In this document: positions 1-10,325 of the stretch, one piece after another
How the letters are laid out: every line of letters starts with the position of its first letter
Numbering within the stretch: position 1 is the first letter of the stretch
From: Chrysochromulina tobinii
Taxonomy: Eukaryota
NCBI GenBank assembly: GCA_001275005.1
Contig: JWZX01002202.1
Coordinates: 1 to 40,468, forward strand
Direction of reading: 5' to 3'
Length of the DNA: 40,468 bases
Made by a program: the position numbers and the translations under genes
Notes under the pieces: generated by a model
Told to the model about the DNA's origin: nothing
Seen by the model: only the letters and a program-made list of their open reading frames with translations
Database searches by the model: none

Positions 1-684
1 ACCTGCGATTTCGTCTGCACGCTGCTGACCCTGCTGATGCTCACGCCGAGGCTGGCGGAGAGCTGGGCCGTGTTTCCATTGAGTACTGACATAACCGTCT
101 GGGCGTGGGGGAAGGACGGCACAATGACGGTGGCCTCAACGATGGTACTGTTCGCCGCGCTGACACGGATGGTGATGTAGGTCATGTTCACGCCCAGCAG
201 ACTGCCCAGGTTGGCGCGGAATTGCGCCTGGACTAAGTCGGAGGGATCACCCGAGATGGCGAAGGTGGCCAAGACGACGACAAGAGCCGAGGGCGGCGGT
301 GGCGGCGACGGCGGAGGGCGGCGGCGAGGGAGGTGGCGAGGGAGGTGGCGAGGGAGGTGGCGAGGGAGGTGGCGACGGAGGTGGCGACGGCGGTGGCGAT
401 GGCGGTGGAGATGGTGGGGGAGATGGTGGGGGCGACGGTGGTGGCGATGGTGGTGGCGAGGGTGGCGGCGAGGGCGGTGGCAAGGGCGGCGGCGAGGGCG
501 GCGGGCTCGGCGGCGGCGGGCTCGGAGTCGGCAATTCGCCGCAGGTCATTGAGACGAATGAGAGAGCAAGAGCAAAGAGGGCGGATTGGTGGCACGCTTT
601 TGTACTCGCGGATGAACACGTTGACGAACGCGGGCTTTTTGCGCGTCGCCACTGGATGCAGCTTGCGTTACGAGGGTGTATCAT
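1..684 (-). CDS. Proline-rich (SPPP)n extracellular/cell-surface protein, 3' partial, with an apparent frameshift at ~315-318
   Basis: ATG at 684 (uncertain), hydrophobic stretch SALFALALSFVSMTCG, then about 17 SPPP repeats. After ~315 the sensible reading continues in another frame (PPSPPPPPSALVVVLATFAISGDPSDLVQAQFRANLGSLLGVNMTYITIRVSAANSTIVEATVIVPS...), which is open to the window edge. Confidence 0.6.
288..525. repeat. 12-bp coding tandem repeat (GGCGAGGGAGGT-like) encoding SPPP on the minus strand
   Basis: Directly visible periodicity. Confidence 0.9.
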
Positions 685-1783
685 GAGTATGGACAGCGCG
701 CGGTGCGTGGGCGAGGTTCCTCGCGATCTCGGGAAAACAGGTCCTGTAACACCCCTAACTGGTCCTTCCATCCTGCACGTTTTTCTAAGTCGGGGCGCCT
801 TTTTGGTTTGCAATTTTGGTTACATATATGTCCGTTATTCTTGGAATAGATGAGTGTTTGCATGCCACGAGGTTCGCCGCGTTTCGACGGTGTGACCGCG
901 TGGGCCGACGGTTGGCCGGCGGTTTGCCTGCGCTCCGATAAGCGCTCCGAGAGTCGGTCCGGTGCCGGTCTTCATCGTCCGTGTGTGTGAAACGTGTGTC
1001 CCCTGTCCCGGCTCCCCCTCTTTTTTTCCGATGTACCCGACGCTGCATTGTAAGGACTTCGGGGTTTCTCAGATTAACACCATCTCCCCCACACACCAGT
1101 AGTCATATAAGCGCGCCGCGCGCGGCGCGTGCGCACCACCGGGCGGCGCGCTCGCATGCACAGTGTTCAAAGCCAATTAGGTAACTACCTGAGTAGTGAG
1201 AAGGTCCCCCTCGGTCAAAAAAGTGCGCCGGGCATGCATTGGAGCTGCAGCACAGCTTTTGCGTCCAGCTTGGAACGCGTGCTGCGCTGGCTCAGCCGCT
1301 TCAGAAATATTAGGTTGTCGTTCGTACTGTTTGTGAACCTTCCGCACCGGCGGGCCTTTGCACGCGATAGCCGATACGGATTACGGTTGTGCGCACGGGT
1401 AATCGGTAACTGGGTACGCGGTTCCGGTTGTTTTCCCCTGACAGTACTACTCAGTAGATGATCTATGCTTTAAAGTGCTGAACACCCGACTCCCTGCCAG
1501 ACGCGTGAAAATCTAGACTCTTCCGCAGGCTCCCCAGTCCCCTCTGGGCGGCGCCCAACTTGGCGCCCGCCCAAAGAGGAGAGGAGAGAGCGTCGAGCCG
1601 CCCAGTGGGGACTGTGGTGACTGTGGTGACTGTGGGGAGAGCGTCGAGCCGCCCAGCGAGCGCCCGCGATCTCGCTCGCGACCTCGCCGGGCACGCTAAA
1701 CGCGGAGGCACCAACCAACCTGCACCACCAGCCAGCCAGTGGGCCAGGGGTTCAAGTGATTCAAGGCGCCAGAGCCGCGATCC

Positions 1784-2596
1784 TCAAAAGCTGCCGAGGC
1801 TCCATGTGGTGGTGCGCTTGACAGGCACCTTGTGCGCTCGGATGTCGTCCAGCAACGCCTCGCTCGCCACCGGCTCCGTGGCGCCGTACCTGCCGAAGCT
1901 CATGCTTGCCACCGACCCGGCCGGTAACGTCTCCGCCAAGCTGAAGCTCGACCCCATCGGTGCAGAGGCCATCCGTGCTGCGAGCTTCGCCTCTCGCTTC
2001 TCCTGCATGAAGCGCGCCTCGCGCTCGACGAGCGTCTCGTCGCGGTGCTTCGGCGGGTGCCGCTTCGAGTACTCCAGCGCCTCCACCCGCCCACGCTCGA
2101 GAATCACAGCGTTGGCCTTGTCCGCCGCCCACTGGTCGCCTGCAGCGCCCCCTGCACCTATGGATGGGTCCCAGCGTGGCTTTCCCTGGAGCGCCGAGTG
2201 GACTGGGATCTCGACGCGCGAGATGGCGTGCGGCTGCTGCAGTCGCGGCTTGTCGAGCAGCCGCTCATTGGCCTGCATTTTGCTCATCCGAGGGATGTAA
2301 CGCGTGGTCGCTGTGCAGTCCAGCTGCTCGGCGCGGAAGTTATAGTCGGCGCGCTTGTGTGCGTCGTACTCCGACAGCGTGCGCATCATTGGCCGGTCCG
2401 GGAAGCGGGACCCGGAGAGGGTGCTCGCATTCCAGCCCGCCGGGCGCTGGCCGAGCAGATCGGCCACACGAATCGTCTTGACCTCCTTCTTCGATGCGAG
2501 ATTTTGCGCGGGGATGCCGCCGACATCGTAGGCGGTCGCATTATCGGTGAAGTTGAGGGTGCGGTACAAGGTCACCCCGCGCGCCGCTGCATGCAT
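1784..2596 (-). CDS. Hypothetical protein (~270 aa)
   Basis: Long ORF with protein-like composition and GC-rich third positions. First ATG at 2596 (MHAAARGVTLYRTLNF). No family recognised. Confidence 0.6.
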   Translation of the reverse strand: MHAAARGVTLYRTLNFTDNATAYDVGGIPAQNLASKKEVKTIRVADLLGQRPAGWNASTLSGSRFPDRPMMRTLSEYDAHKRADYNFRAEQLDCTATTRYIPRMSKMQANERLLDKPRLQQPHAISRVEIPVHSALQGKPRWDPSIGAGGAAGDQWAADKANAVILERGRVEALEYSKRHPPKHRDETLVEREARFMQEKREAKLAARMASAPMGSSFSLAETLPAGSVASMSFGRYGATEPVASEALLDDIRAHKVPVKRTTTWSLGSF

Positions 2597-2839
2597 GGCT
2601 GGACCAGGGTCGCGCCGCGGTACGTGCGCACCCGGCTCGTGCCCAGGGCGAGGTGCTCGAGAGCGCCCGCGCTTTCGATTTTGCAACAGACCCGATTTCA
2701 AGTTCACAAGAAAAAGGTTCGAAACTTCAGCAAGGGCCGATACATGTATATCCGTTCCGATCGTCGAAAGACCGCATACAACGGCTGTCTGTTTTTGAAC
2801 GGCGAAGTGCCCCAGCGCGCGATGTATTCACAACTGCTG

Positions 2840-3385
2840 ATGGCAGACGAGCCGCCCGCAGCTCCAGCCGCTGACGCAGAGGCACCGCCAGCGGAGCCGC
2901 CCTTCGTGGACGCAGACCCGCCAGCCGAGCCAGCCACAGAGGCACCACCAGCAGAGGCACCCGTCGTGGACGCAGCCCCGCCAGCCGAGCCAGCCGCAGA
3001 GGCACCACCAGCAGAGGCGCCCGTCGTGGACGCAGACCCGCCAGCCGAGCCAGCCGCAGAGGCACCACCCGCGGAGCCGCCCATTGAGGACGCAGCGCCG
3101 CCAGCCGAGCCAACCGCATCGTCACCAACTAAAGCACAACCCGCGTCGCCAGCCAAGGCAGAGCCCGTATCGCCGCCCAAGGCAGAGCCCGTATTGCCGC
3201 CCAAGGTTGTGTTGCCCAAGGCCTCGCTAAAGCCCCTTCAGCCAGCGTCCTACGAGGCGCCGGCCCCGAGCAAGGAATCGCCCTTCTCTTCTCAGTACCT
3301 GGAGGCGTCCAAGCGCTGGCTAGAGTCATTGCCCAAGTTGACCCCCAGGGGGAGCAAAGAGGCTCAAGCCTCGAAAAGGAAATAG
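2840..3385 (+). CDS. Pro/Ala/Glu-rich low-complexity hypothetical protein with four 20-aa repeats
   Basis: ATG at 2840 (alternative 2822). EAPPAEAPVVDADPPAEPAA x4, stop at 3385. Divergent from the 1784-2596 gene. Confidence 0.55.
   Translation: MADEPPAAPAADAEAPPAEPPFVDADPPAEPATEAPPAEAPVVDAAPPAEPAAEAPPAEAPVVDADPPAEPAAEAPPAEPPIEDAAPPAEPTASSPTKAQPASPAKAEPVSPPKAEPVLPPKVVLPKASLKPLQPASYEAPAPSKESPFSSQYLEASKRWLESLPKLTPRGSKEAQASKRK
2876..3118 (+). repeat. 60-bp coding tandem repeat, 4 copies
   Basis: Lines 2881, 2941, 3001 and 3061 align with a 60-bp period. Confidence 0.9.
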
Positions 3386-3557
3386 CTCAAGTCGAGTGTT
3401 GTAATAATAACTGTGAGATACCGAGCGGAAATATTATGCGCGACTTGAACTCAGCCCGTTCCGATGTTGTACCGAGCTTAGTACTACTACTAGTACTACT
3501 ACTACTGTGCCATATGCGATGATCATGTACCGAAGGAAATGAAAGGAGTTGACCATC

Positions 3558-4097
3558 TCAATCGTCCACGAGGTCGAGGTCATCACCCATTTGCCTCGGC
3601 ATCATTATGCGTGCGAACGCCTCCTGACTGATCGCTCCCGAGTCATTGCTCAGCGCCTGCACCATCGCTCGTATGTCGTCGTCGCTCATGTTCTCGCCAA
3701 TCTCCTTGGCCGCCTCTCGCAGGTTGGCCTCAGAGATGGTCTTTCGGTCGCCCGCGAAGAGGGCGAAGATGGCGTCCACTTCGGAGCGGACGTCAACGGC
3801 GCGTGCGTGCTTGCTCATGATTGCGAGGAAGCCCTCGAAGTCGACGAAGCCCGTCAGGCTCGGGTCAACCTCCTCCACCAGTGAGCGCAGCTCCGAACGC
3901 TTGGGATTGTAGTTGAGGGCTCGCATGGCGGCGCGCAGCTCGGAATACGAGACCTTGCCGGTTGCATCGGCGTCGAAGATGTTGAAGGCCTCGCGTATCT
4001 CGTCCAGTTGCCAGTCCAAGAGCGGCTCCGCATGGTCGCTGCGACGGCGGGAGGACGACGGCATCGGCGTTGGGGGTAGGTTGCGCGGACGGTTCAT
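3558..4097 (-). CDS. Centrin/caltractin-like EF-hand protein
   Basis: QLDEIREAFNIFDADATGKVSYSELRAAMRAL, VDPSLTGFVDFEGFLAIM and ISEANLREAAKEIGENMSDDDIRAM match the centrin pattern. Start at 4097 or 4064. Confidence 0.85.
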   Translation of the reverse strand: MNRPRNLPPTPMPSSSRRRSDHAEPLLDWQLDEIREAFNIFDADATGKVSYSELRAAMRALNYNPKRSELRSLVEEVDPSLTGFVDFEGFLAIMSKHARAVDVRSEVDAIFALFAGDRKTISEANLREAAKEIGENMSDDDIRAMVQALSNDSGAISQEAFARIMMPRQMGDDLDLVDD

Positions 4098-4233
4098 TGT
4101 GAAAACAAACGTTTCACAGCACTCAGTTTCTCCTGGGCCGTTTTTCTCTTCGCCACTACATGTACAGGCTGACGGCGACGTCGGAGAAATAAGCCGCGAA
4201 CTTTGAAACGCCGACGCGGCAAAACCTTCATCC

Positions 4234-5496
4234 ATGCGAGTTCAGTCTATCGGCAAAACCTTCCCGGCCGACGGCCTAGCGCAGTCCGAGTTGGCGATCA
4301 TCAACCTACTCACGGAGCGTAAGCACCTGGAGCTGCTGCTCGAGCAACGTGAGGCGCGCGCGACCGAATTGCAGGCCACGTGGGCCATTCGTGATGCTTT
4401 GATCACAGCATGTAGGGATGCGGGCGACAACGCTGCGGCACTCCGGGCCATCAGCGCGCAGCGGCAGCGCGCGCGCACGCTGACGGCCCAGCTTGACGCG
4501 CTCGAGGACGAGCAGGATGCGCTTTTGTCTTCGGGCCAGTATGCCGACGTGCTCAAGGCGAGGCTCCGTGTCGAGGCACTCACGGAGAGGCATTTGGCGC
4601 TCTCAGAACGGCTGCGCCATCCGTCGGGGCCGTCGTCGCACGCCCTTCATGCCGCACACGGCGGCAGCAAGGGCGCCGGCTTTCAAGCCGCCCAAGCCGC
4701 CCAAGCCGCCCAAGCCGCCGCCCAAGCCGCCGCCGCCGCCGCCGCTGGGCAGCTCGAGCGCGCAACCACACTCGAGGGCTGGTTGAGCGTGCGTGCGCTT
4801 GTCGAAGAGCTGATGGATCGATCCGAGGAGGCACGCCGGGCAATCACTGCCTTTGAGCGCGAGCACGATGCCCAGGTGGCCGTGCAGGCCGCCATCCGCG
4901 CCACCGCCGCCGCGGCTACGAACGCGCGCGTGGCGCCGTTGCGGGCGGAGCTCACGAGATTGCGATCTCAATCAGAGAGCCTGCAGCGTTCGCTGAGTGA
5001 CGAGGCGCGACGGAAGCTCGAGGCAGGCGCGAAGCTCCAGAGGCAGGAGCAGCGCCTTCGTGATGATCTCGTCGCTCTGCAGGCGGACGTGCAGCGGCTG
5101 CTCGAAGAGAAGGCCGCGCTCTCCTCCCAAATAAGGGCCGCGCAAGCGGCGCACGCGGCCAGGGCGGTGCCCAAGACGGCGCCGCCGAACAGGCCACCGC
5201 TGGCTGCGCTGGCGCCGGCGAAGGCGTCAGCAATGGGCCCGGGCACGGGACCGGCGATGGCGTCGGTGGCGGCGCCCGCTGCGGCATCGCCGGAAGGGGC
5301 GGCAGCGCTGGCAGCGCCGGTGGCAGCGCCGGTGGCAGCACCCGCCAAGCCCAAGCCCCCGGCTGAGCTGCCGACGGACAGCTCCAAGGTGCGTTTGGAC
5401 GACGAGCAGCGGAAGCGGCTGGAGGCGCTCCGTGCCAAGTATGGAGGCACTGTGGCGGACAAGGCTGCCGCGAGGGCGCAGGGAGCAGGCAGCTAA
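4234..5496 (+). CDS. Coiled-coil hypothetical protein (420 aa)
   Basis: Intact ATG-to-TAA ORF with long Ala/Leu/Glu/Arg heptad-like segments. Confidence 0.7.
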   Translation: MRVQSIGKTFPADGLAQSELAIINLLTERKHLELLLEQREARATELQATWAIRDALITACRDAGDNAAALRAISAQRQRARTLTAQLDALEDEQDALLSSGQYADVLKARLRVEALTERHLALSERLRHPSGPSSHALHAAHGGSKGAGFQAAQAAQAAQAAAQAAAAAAAGQLERATTLEGWLSVRALVEELMDRSEEARRAITAFEREHDAQVAVQAAIRATAAAATNARVAPLRAELTRLRSQSESLQRSLSDEARRKLEAGAKLQRQEQRLRDDLVALQADVQRLLEEKAALSSQIRAAQAAHAARAVPKTAPPNRPPLAALAPAKASAMGPGTGPAMASVAAPAAASPEGAAALAAPVAAPVAAPAKPKPPAELPTDSSKVRLDDEQRKRLEALRAKYGGTVADKAAARAQGAGS

Positions 5497-6114
5497 ACCG
5501 TGGCTGAAACCGTAAGTCTGAGAGGCGTGCTCAGAGCCACCCGATCCAGTGGACGGCGCGCGCTCCCTCACTCGCGGCTGACCGCAACTAAAAAAATTCA
5601 AGTTCCGGTGAGCAGCGATGATTCGGGGAGGAACCGCGTTTCACTGGGACTGTCTGCTCTCGCGCTGTTATATTCGATTGATTCTGAACGGCGTCTGATG
5701 CCACCTCACAATCGCATCGGGCGGGGGGTTTCCTGGCACACCCGAGAGAGCACAGAACTAGATCGAAAGTAGACGCGACAAGTCGAGGCGGCGCGGCAAG
5801 ATTAAGACCCGGCAGAGTTATGATGCATTGTTATGATGACGGTTGACAACAGCAGATGAATCAAGGTACAAGCTCTCTCTATCACATCCCGCCAGGTACG
5901 GAGGTAGGATAGGGCAGAAAGCACCAGGGACCACAGGGTGTGGAACCGTCCTTTGAGTCGGTGGTGTCGTGAGCCCCGGCGGACCGCGACGAAACTCACC
6001 AGATGTCACAGATGAGAGACGTCATCACGCGCCTTCAACTTTTCGCCGCTGGGGTTGTGAGTGCAGGCGGTGGCGAGCCCGTCCGCGCGTGTGAAAACGA
6101 AGCTCTTGAAGAGG

Positions 6115-6750
6115 ATGCCGGTCGTGCTGTGGCTCCACGGCCTCGGCGATACGGGTGACGGCTGGCGCCATCTGCCGAGAGAGCTCCGGCTCAGCGGAGA
6201 GTTCAAGTTCATCTTTCCAGACGCGCCTGTGCAGCCAGTCTCCTGCAACGGCGGCTTCAAGATGACATCTTGGATGGACTTGGATGAGATTCCCGTCTCG
6301 CTTGGCATCCGCGATGACGAGGTGGGCTTGGCGTCCTCGTCGAGGATTGTGCACGACATCATCAAGAAGGAGATGGCCGACAATGGCACTCCGAGCACTG
6401 ACATTGTGATTGGCGGATTCTCACAGGGCGGCGCGATGGCGCTGCTCGCAGGCTTCACCTTCCCGCAGAAGCTCGCAGGCGTCGTGTGCTTCAGCGGCTG
6501 GCCGGCCTTGCAGGACAACTTCGTGGAGCGCACCAAGGCTGCGGGCAACGCCGACACGCCCGCCTTTGTCGCGCATGGCACAGCGGATGAGGTCGTGCTT
6601 CCAGAGTGTGGCGCGAAGGCGGCGGAGCTGCTCAAGCAGAGCGGCGTGCCGGTGACCTTCAAGACTTACGAGCGCATGGGCCACTCCTCGTGTAGCGCGC
6701 AGATGGCCGAGCTCAAAGATTGGCTCGAAGGGCTATTCGGTCCGAAGTGA
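6115..6750 (+). CDS. Acyl-protein thioesterase / lysophospholipase (phospholipase/carboxylesterase alpha/beta hydrolase)
   Basis: LHGLGDTG, FIFPDAP..PVSCNGGFKMTSWMD, GGFSQGG nucleophile motif, HGTADEVV and MGHSS: complete Ser-Asp-His triad. Confidence 0.93.
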   Translation: MPVVLWLHGLGDTGDGWRHLPRELRLSGEFKFIFPDAPVQPVSCNGGFKMTSWMDLDEIPVSLGIRDDEVGLASSSRIVHDIIKKEMADNGTPSTDIVIGGFSQGGAMALLAGFTFPQKLAGVVCFSGWPALQDNFVERTKAAGNADTPAFVAHGTADEVVLPECGAKAAELLKQSGVPVTFKTYERMGHSSCSAQMAELKDWLEGLFGPK

Positions 6751-7455
6751 CTCGCGTCGAGGGTATGACCGTTGCTCTCGGCTCCTCTCCGCTCATCGGC
6801 AGTCCGCTCTGTGGGTACTCGGCGCACTCGCGTTGGGTCTGGAGGGTGAGACCTATTTTGCCTGATAATGTAATTGTTCGGGTCCGATGCAGAGAATAGA
6901 AACGCGCCGACTACTTGCGACTTTGTGAACCGAACGCGTATCGCGTAACCGCGGAGCGGGCGAGTCCGCCGAGTCATGCCCGCGAGTGCCGCCCGGCCCC
7001 CCGCCGCCGATAAGCGATATCGGTTATCCGGTGTCCACTGTTAGTCCACTGCGTCTCGTGTTGCCGGGTGCCCGGGCGGGACCGGGGTCAGCGGGTCTCC
7101 GCGGCGTCCGCGAGCTCCCGAGACCACAGGCACAGCCACACCCCCACAGGTCCGGTCTCGGTCCGGAATCCGCCCCGTCGAGGGTCTACAGCGCGGAGCG
7201 CGGTACACACGACGCCGAGCCCGCCCCTTCGAGGCTACGCTACTACATCTATACATGCCCTGCGGCTGACGCATCGGCTCGTTTGCTCCTCGTGTGATCT
7301 CGGGGGCTCACCCCCCGTCGGCTTTAAGCTTCATTGCCGCCATCTCAAAGATGGTGGCATTCTGGTGGCCTCTCTACTCCGTCGGCAGGCGCGCTGCACA
7401 CGCATTGATCATCAGCCGCAGACCACTCGTGACTCGTCTGCTCTCACACTCACGG

Positions 7456-9440
7456 TTACCGTGAGGGGGGTGATTGTGAGATCAGAACATTATCATTGAA
7501 GAGTTGTGTGCACTGCACACAACTCCTCGTGCTGCCAGGACTACTTGCGCTCGGCCTAGGTTGGCGCGACGAGGGCGAGCGCATCGGCGAGCGCATCGGC
7601 GAGCATATCGGGGCTGCCCACTTTCGCCGCTCGCGATCGAGAAGATTGTCCGGGTCAGGCCGTGGCGCCGTACTGAGCACTTGCATGCCATTGCTTGCCA
7701 CTGGCGCTGCCCACTTACGCCGCTCGCGATCGAGAAGATTGTCCGGGTCAGGCGGTGGCGCCGTACTGAGCACTTGCATGCCATTGCTTGCCACTGGCGC
7801 TGCCCACTTACGCCGCTCGCGATCGAGAAGATTGTCCGGGTCAGGCCGTGGCGCCGTACTGAGCACTTGCATGCCATTGCTTGCCACTGGCGCTGCCCAC
7901 TTACGCCGCTCACGATCGAGAAGATTGTCCGGGACAGGCAACGGCATCGTGGAGGAGGAGTCAGAGCAGGAGAGCTTGCAGCTGAACCCTCCTCCCTGCA
8001 TCCAGCTCGACGACCTCGGAGGCGACCGGTAACTATTGGGGCTGCTGTCGCTGCGCGTTTTGGCGGCGCTCTGCCTTGTGCTGACGTGCGAGAGGGGCGA
8101 TGTGCTCCGAAATACTCTGGTATGCCGGTCGCGCTCGAGCTTGAGCCACTTGCGCCAATGATCCGCCGCCGCGCAGATCGAGGCAAGCTCCTTGTCACCC
8201 GACTTGGCTGCGGCCATGCTTGCCGCGTTCCCCTCCACCTGGTTGTGCGATGGCGTCATCGAGTCCAGAATGCCGCCCTCAGCCTCCCAGGGCGGCACGT
8301 CCCACACGTCGCAGATTGCGAGGGCGGTTTCCATCGGCACCTTTGTGAGCTGCACGAGGCAAGAGGGCTCGCGAACTTCGCGATGGCCCCCAAATCGCGC
8401 AAGCGCCCCGAGCGAGCGCAGCGTGGTCAGCGCGTTGTCCTCGTTGCCGTACACGCTCAGCTCGACGCCGTCCGAGCTATTCGTCCACGCACGCGTGACG
8501 ATGACCACCACCGATTGGAGTGACGGCGCCCGGCGCGGCAAGGTATTCAGCTGGGTGTGCCGTTTCTGCAATGCATCCTCGGTCGACAGCCCAAGGCTCT
8601 CCAGATCGACGGCCAGCGCAACGCCGGACATGCCCATCTGAAGCCGCTCCGGCGGCGCCCGGGGCCACCGCACCCGCCGAGCGCCGCGACGCTCCGACGC
8701 GGCAGCCAGCCTTGCAGCCCTGGCCTCGCGCTCAGCAGCAATGTCACGCGCCTTCTTTTGCCACGCGGGCTCCTCGACGCTCTTGGCGCGTTGCTTCGCG
8801 AGGTCGGCTTTCCGGGCAGCGTCGTACTCCTGATGCTTCCTCCGAAACCTGTTCCGCCACTCAATCTCGCGCGCCTCATCGCCCAGACGAGGCAAACTTG
8901 GGCGGCTGGGCGTGATCGTCTGGACGACGACTGGCGTCTCTTGGCTTTTCTTCAGCTTATCCGCCGTGCTCAGGAAGTGATCGGCCTTCGACTTAGGCGG
9001 GCTGCGGGACGGGACTATTTGAGCACGAGGCGGCTGGTCGAAGTCCCGGATCCCATGAAATGTACGTCGAGAGGGAGAAAGTTGCTTGGAGCGACGGGCC
9101 TCGTCATCATCGAGACGTTTGTACGCGAGTGGTACCTTACGGTAGCCCCAGATGTGGAGGCAGCACCACGCTATACTTGCTAATAGCAGGCCAATAGCTA
9201 GGCTTGCAAATAGCAAGCCAAAGAGAATCGCCATATCGCGCACAGGATGGCCTCGGACCTCGGTCTCAACGCTGCGCGCAAAGGTCCAGGAAGCGTTGAT
9301 CAGCGAGGTCAGGAATGGGAAGAATTTATCCATGTCATGCTCTGCATCTTCCAAGTCCTGTTCGAGAACCCAGATCAGCCCCGGCGGAGGATGGGGCGGA
9401 GGGGCCAATGGCGGCGCAGGCGAAGGTGGAGGCGGTGGCG

Positions 9441-9473
<33 letters not shown>

Positions 9474-9711
9474 GCGGCGGTGGCGGTGGGGGCAATGGTG
9501 ACGAAAGTGGTGGCAGTGGCGGGATCGTCGATGAAAGTGTTGGTGGCGGCGGCGATGCGACGAGCTCGTCGTCCGAACCGTGATAGATTCCTACTGATGT
9601 TGGATGTGTGGTTGCATCCCAGCTACCTCCTACAAATAAGACGGCAATTTCGTCAGTGCCCGCGGCGATTTGTGGCTTGAGCAAGAACAGGAGCGCGAGG
9701 GCCACCCTCAT
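7456..9711 (-). CDS. Single-pass membrane protein with signal peptide, polyproline stalk and C-terminal 31-aa repeats
   Basis: MRVALALLFLLKPQIAAG signal-like start, poly-P tract, TM segment AILFGLLFASLAIGLLLASIAWCCL, then a long basic/Ser-rich tail. Confidence 0.7.
7613..7933. repeat. 93-bp near-perfect coding tandem repeat, ~3.5 copies
   Basis: Units start at 7613, 7706, 7799 and 7892. Encodes PDPDNLLDRERRKWAAPVASNGMQVLSTAP[R/P]. Confidence 0.95.
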
Positions 9712-10325
9712 TGGCCGCGCAACACTACGCACGTGTCGTTGCGTCGTGACGGGTCTCCGCGTTCGATGCTTCGGAGAGCGTCCGAAATATTCGGAGGGCC
9801 TCGTCGAACTTGCCACTTTTGTATTTTATTGAGAGAACCAAGTTCCGAAACGGACACTGCCACGCAAAGCGAACGTTTGCATTCTGATATGCGTGTGGCT
9901 GAAGTAGACGGAATGGGCAAGTTATTCGGTCGGTGTGGGGATACATGCGCATATCGACGTTCTTTGTTGCTTTTCCCACAGAAGCACAGGTACCATAGTC
10001 TCAAAGGACCCATGGTCCGGTCTCGGTCGAAGTACGAAGAGGCTCTGTCGGATCTTGGCAGGATGGCACCAGGAGCGCGGTCTCGACTGGCCCCGCCTAT
10101 TCGCGATTGACTTTACAAAAATAAGGCCCCGCGGGGCTACCATTAATGACCTCGAGAGGACTTGCCGATACAACACCGCTTTGGCTTTCGAGTTTCGACT
10201 CCAAAGTGAATTCTCCCTATTCTAAGACGGTGTGCTCCAGGGAGCGCGCGCTGAAGTAAAGCGAAGCTCAAGTGCTGAGCCGTGGAACATGCCTGGCTCC
10301 AACGTGTCAGGTGAGCGCTTCCTCA

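Noticed and set aside
1586..1655. 20-bp direct repeat (GAGAGCGTCGAGCCGCCCAG) around GTGACTGTG units, and an 18-bp CG palindrome at 1112-1129
   Set aside because: Short local duplications in GC-rich non-coding DNA with no further support for a function.
9935..10225. 96-aa intergenic ORF
   Set aside because: Non-ATG start, no recognisable motif, and base composition unlike the supported genes.
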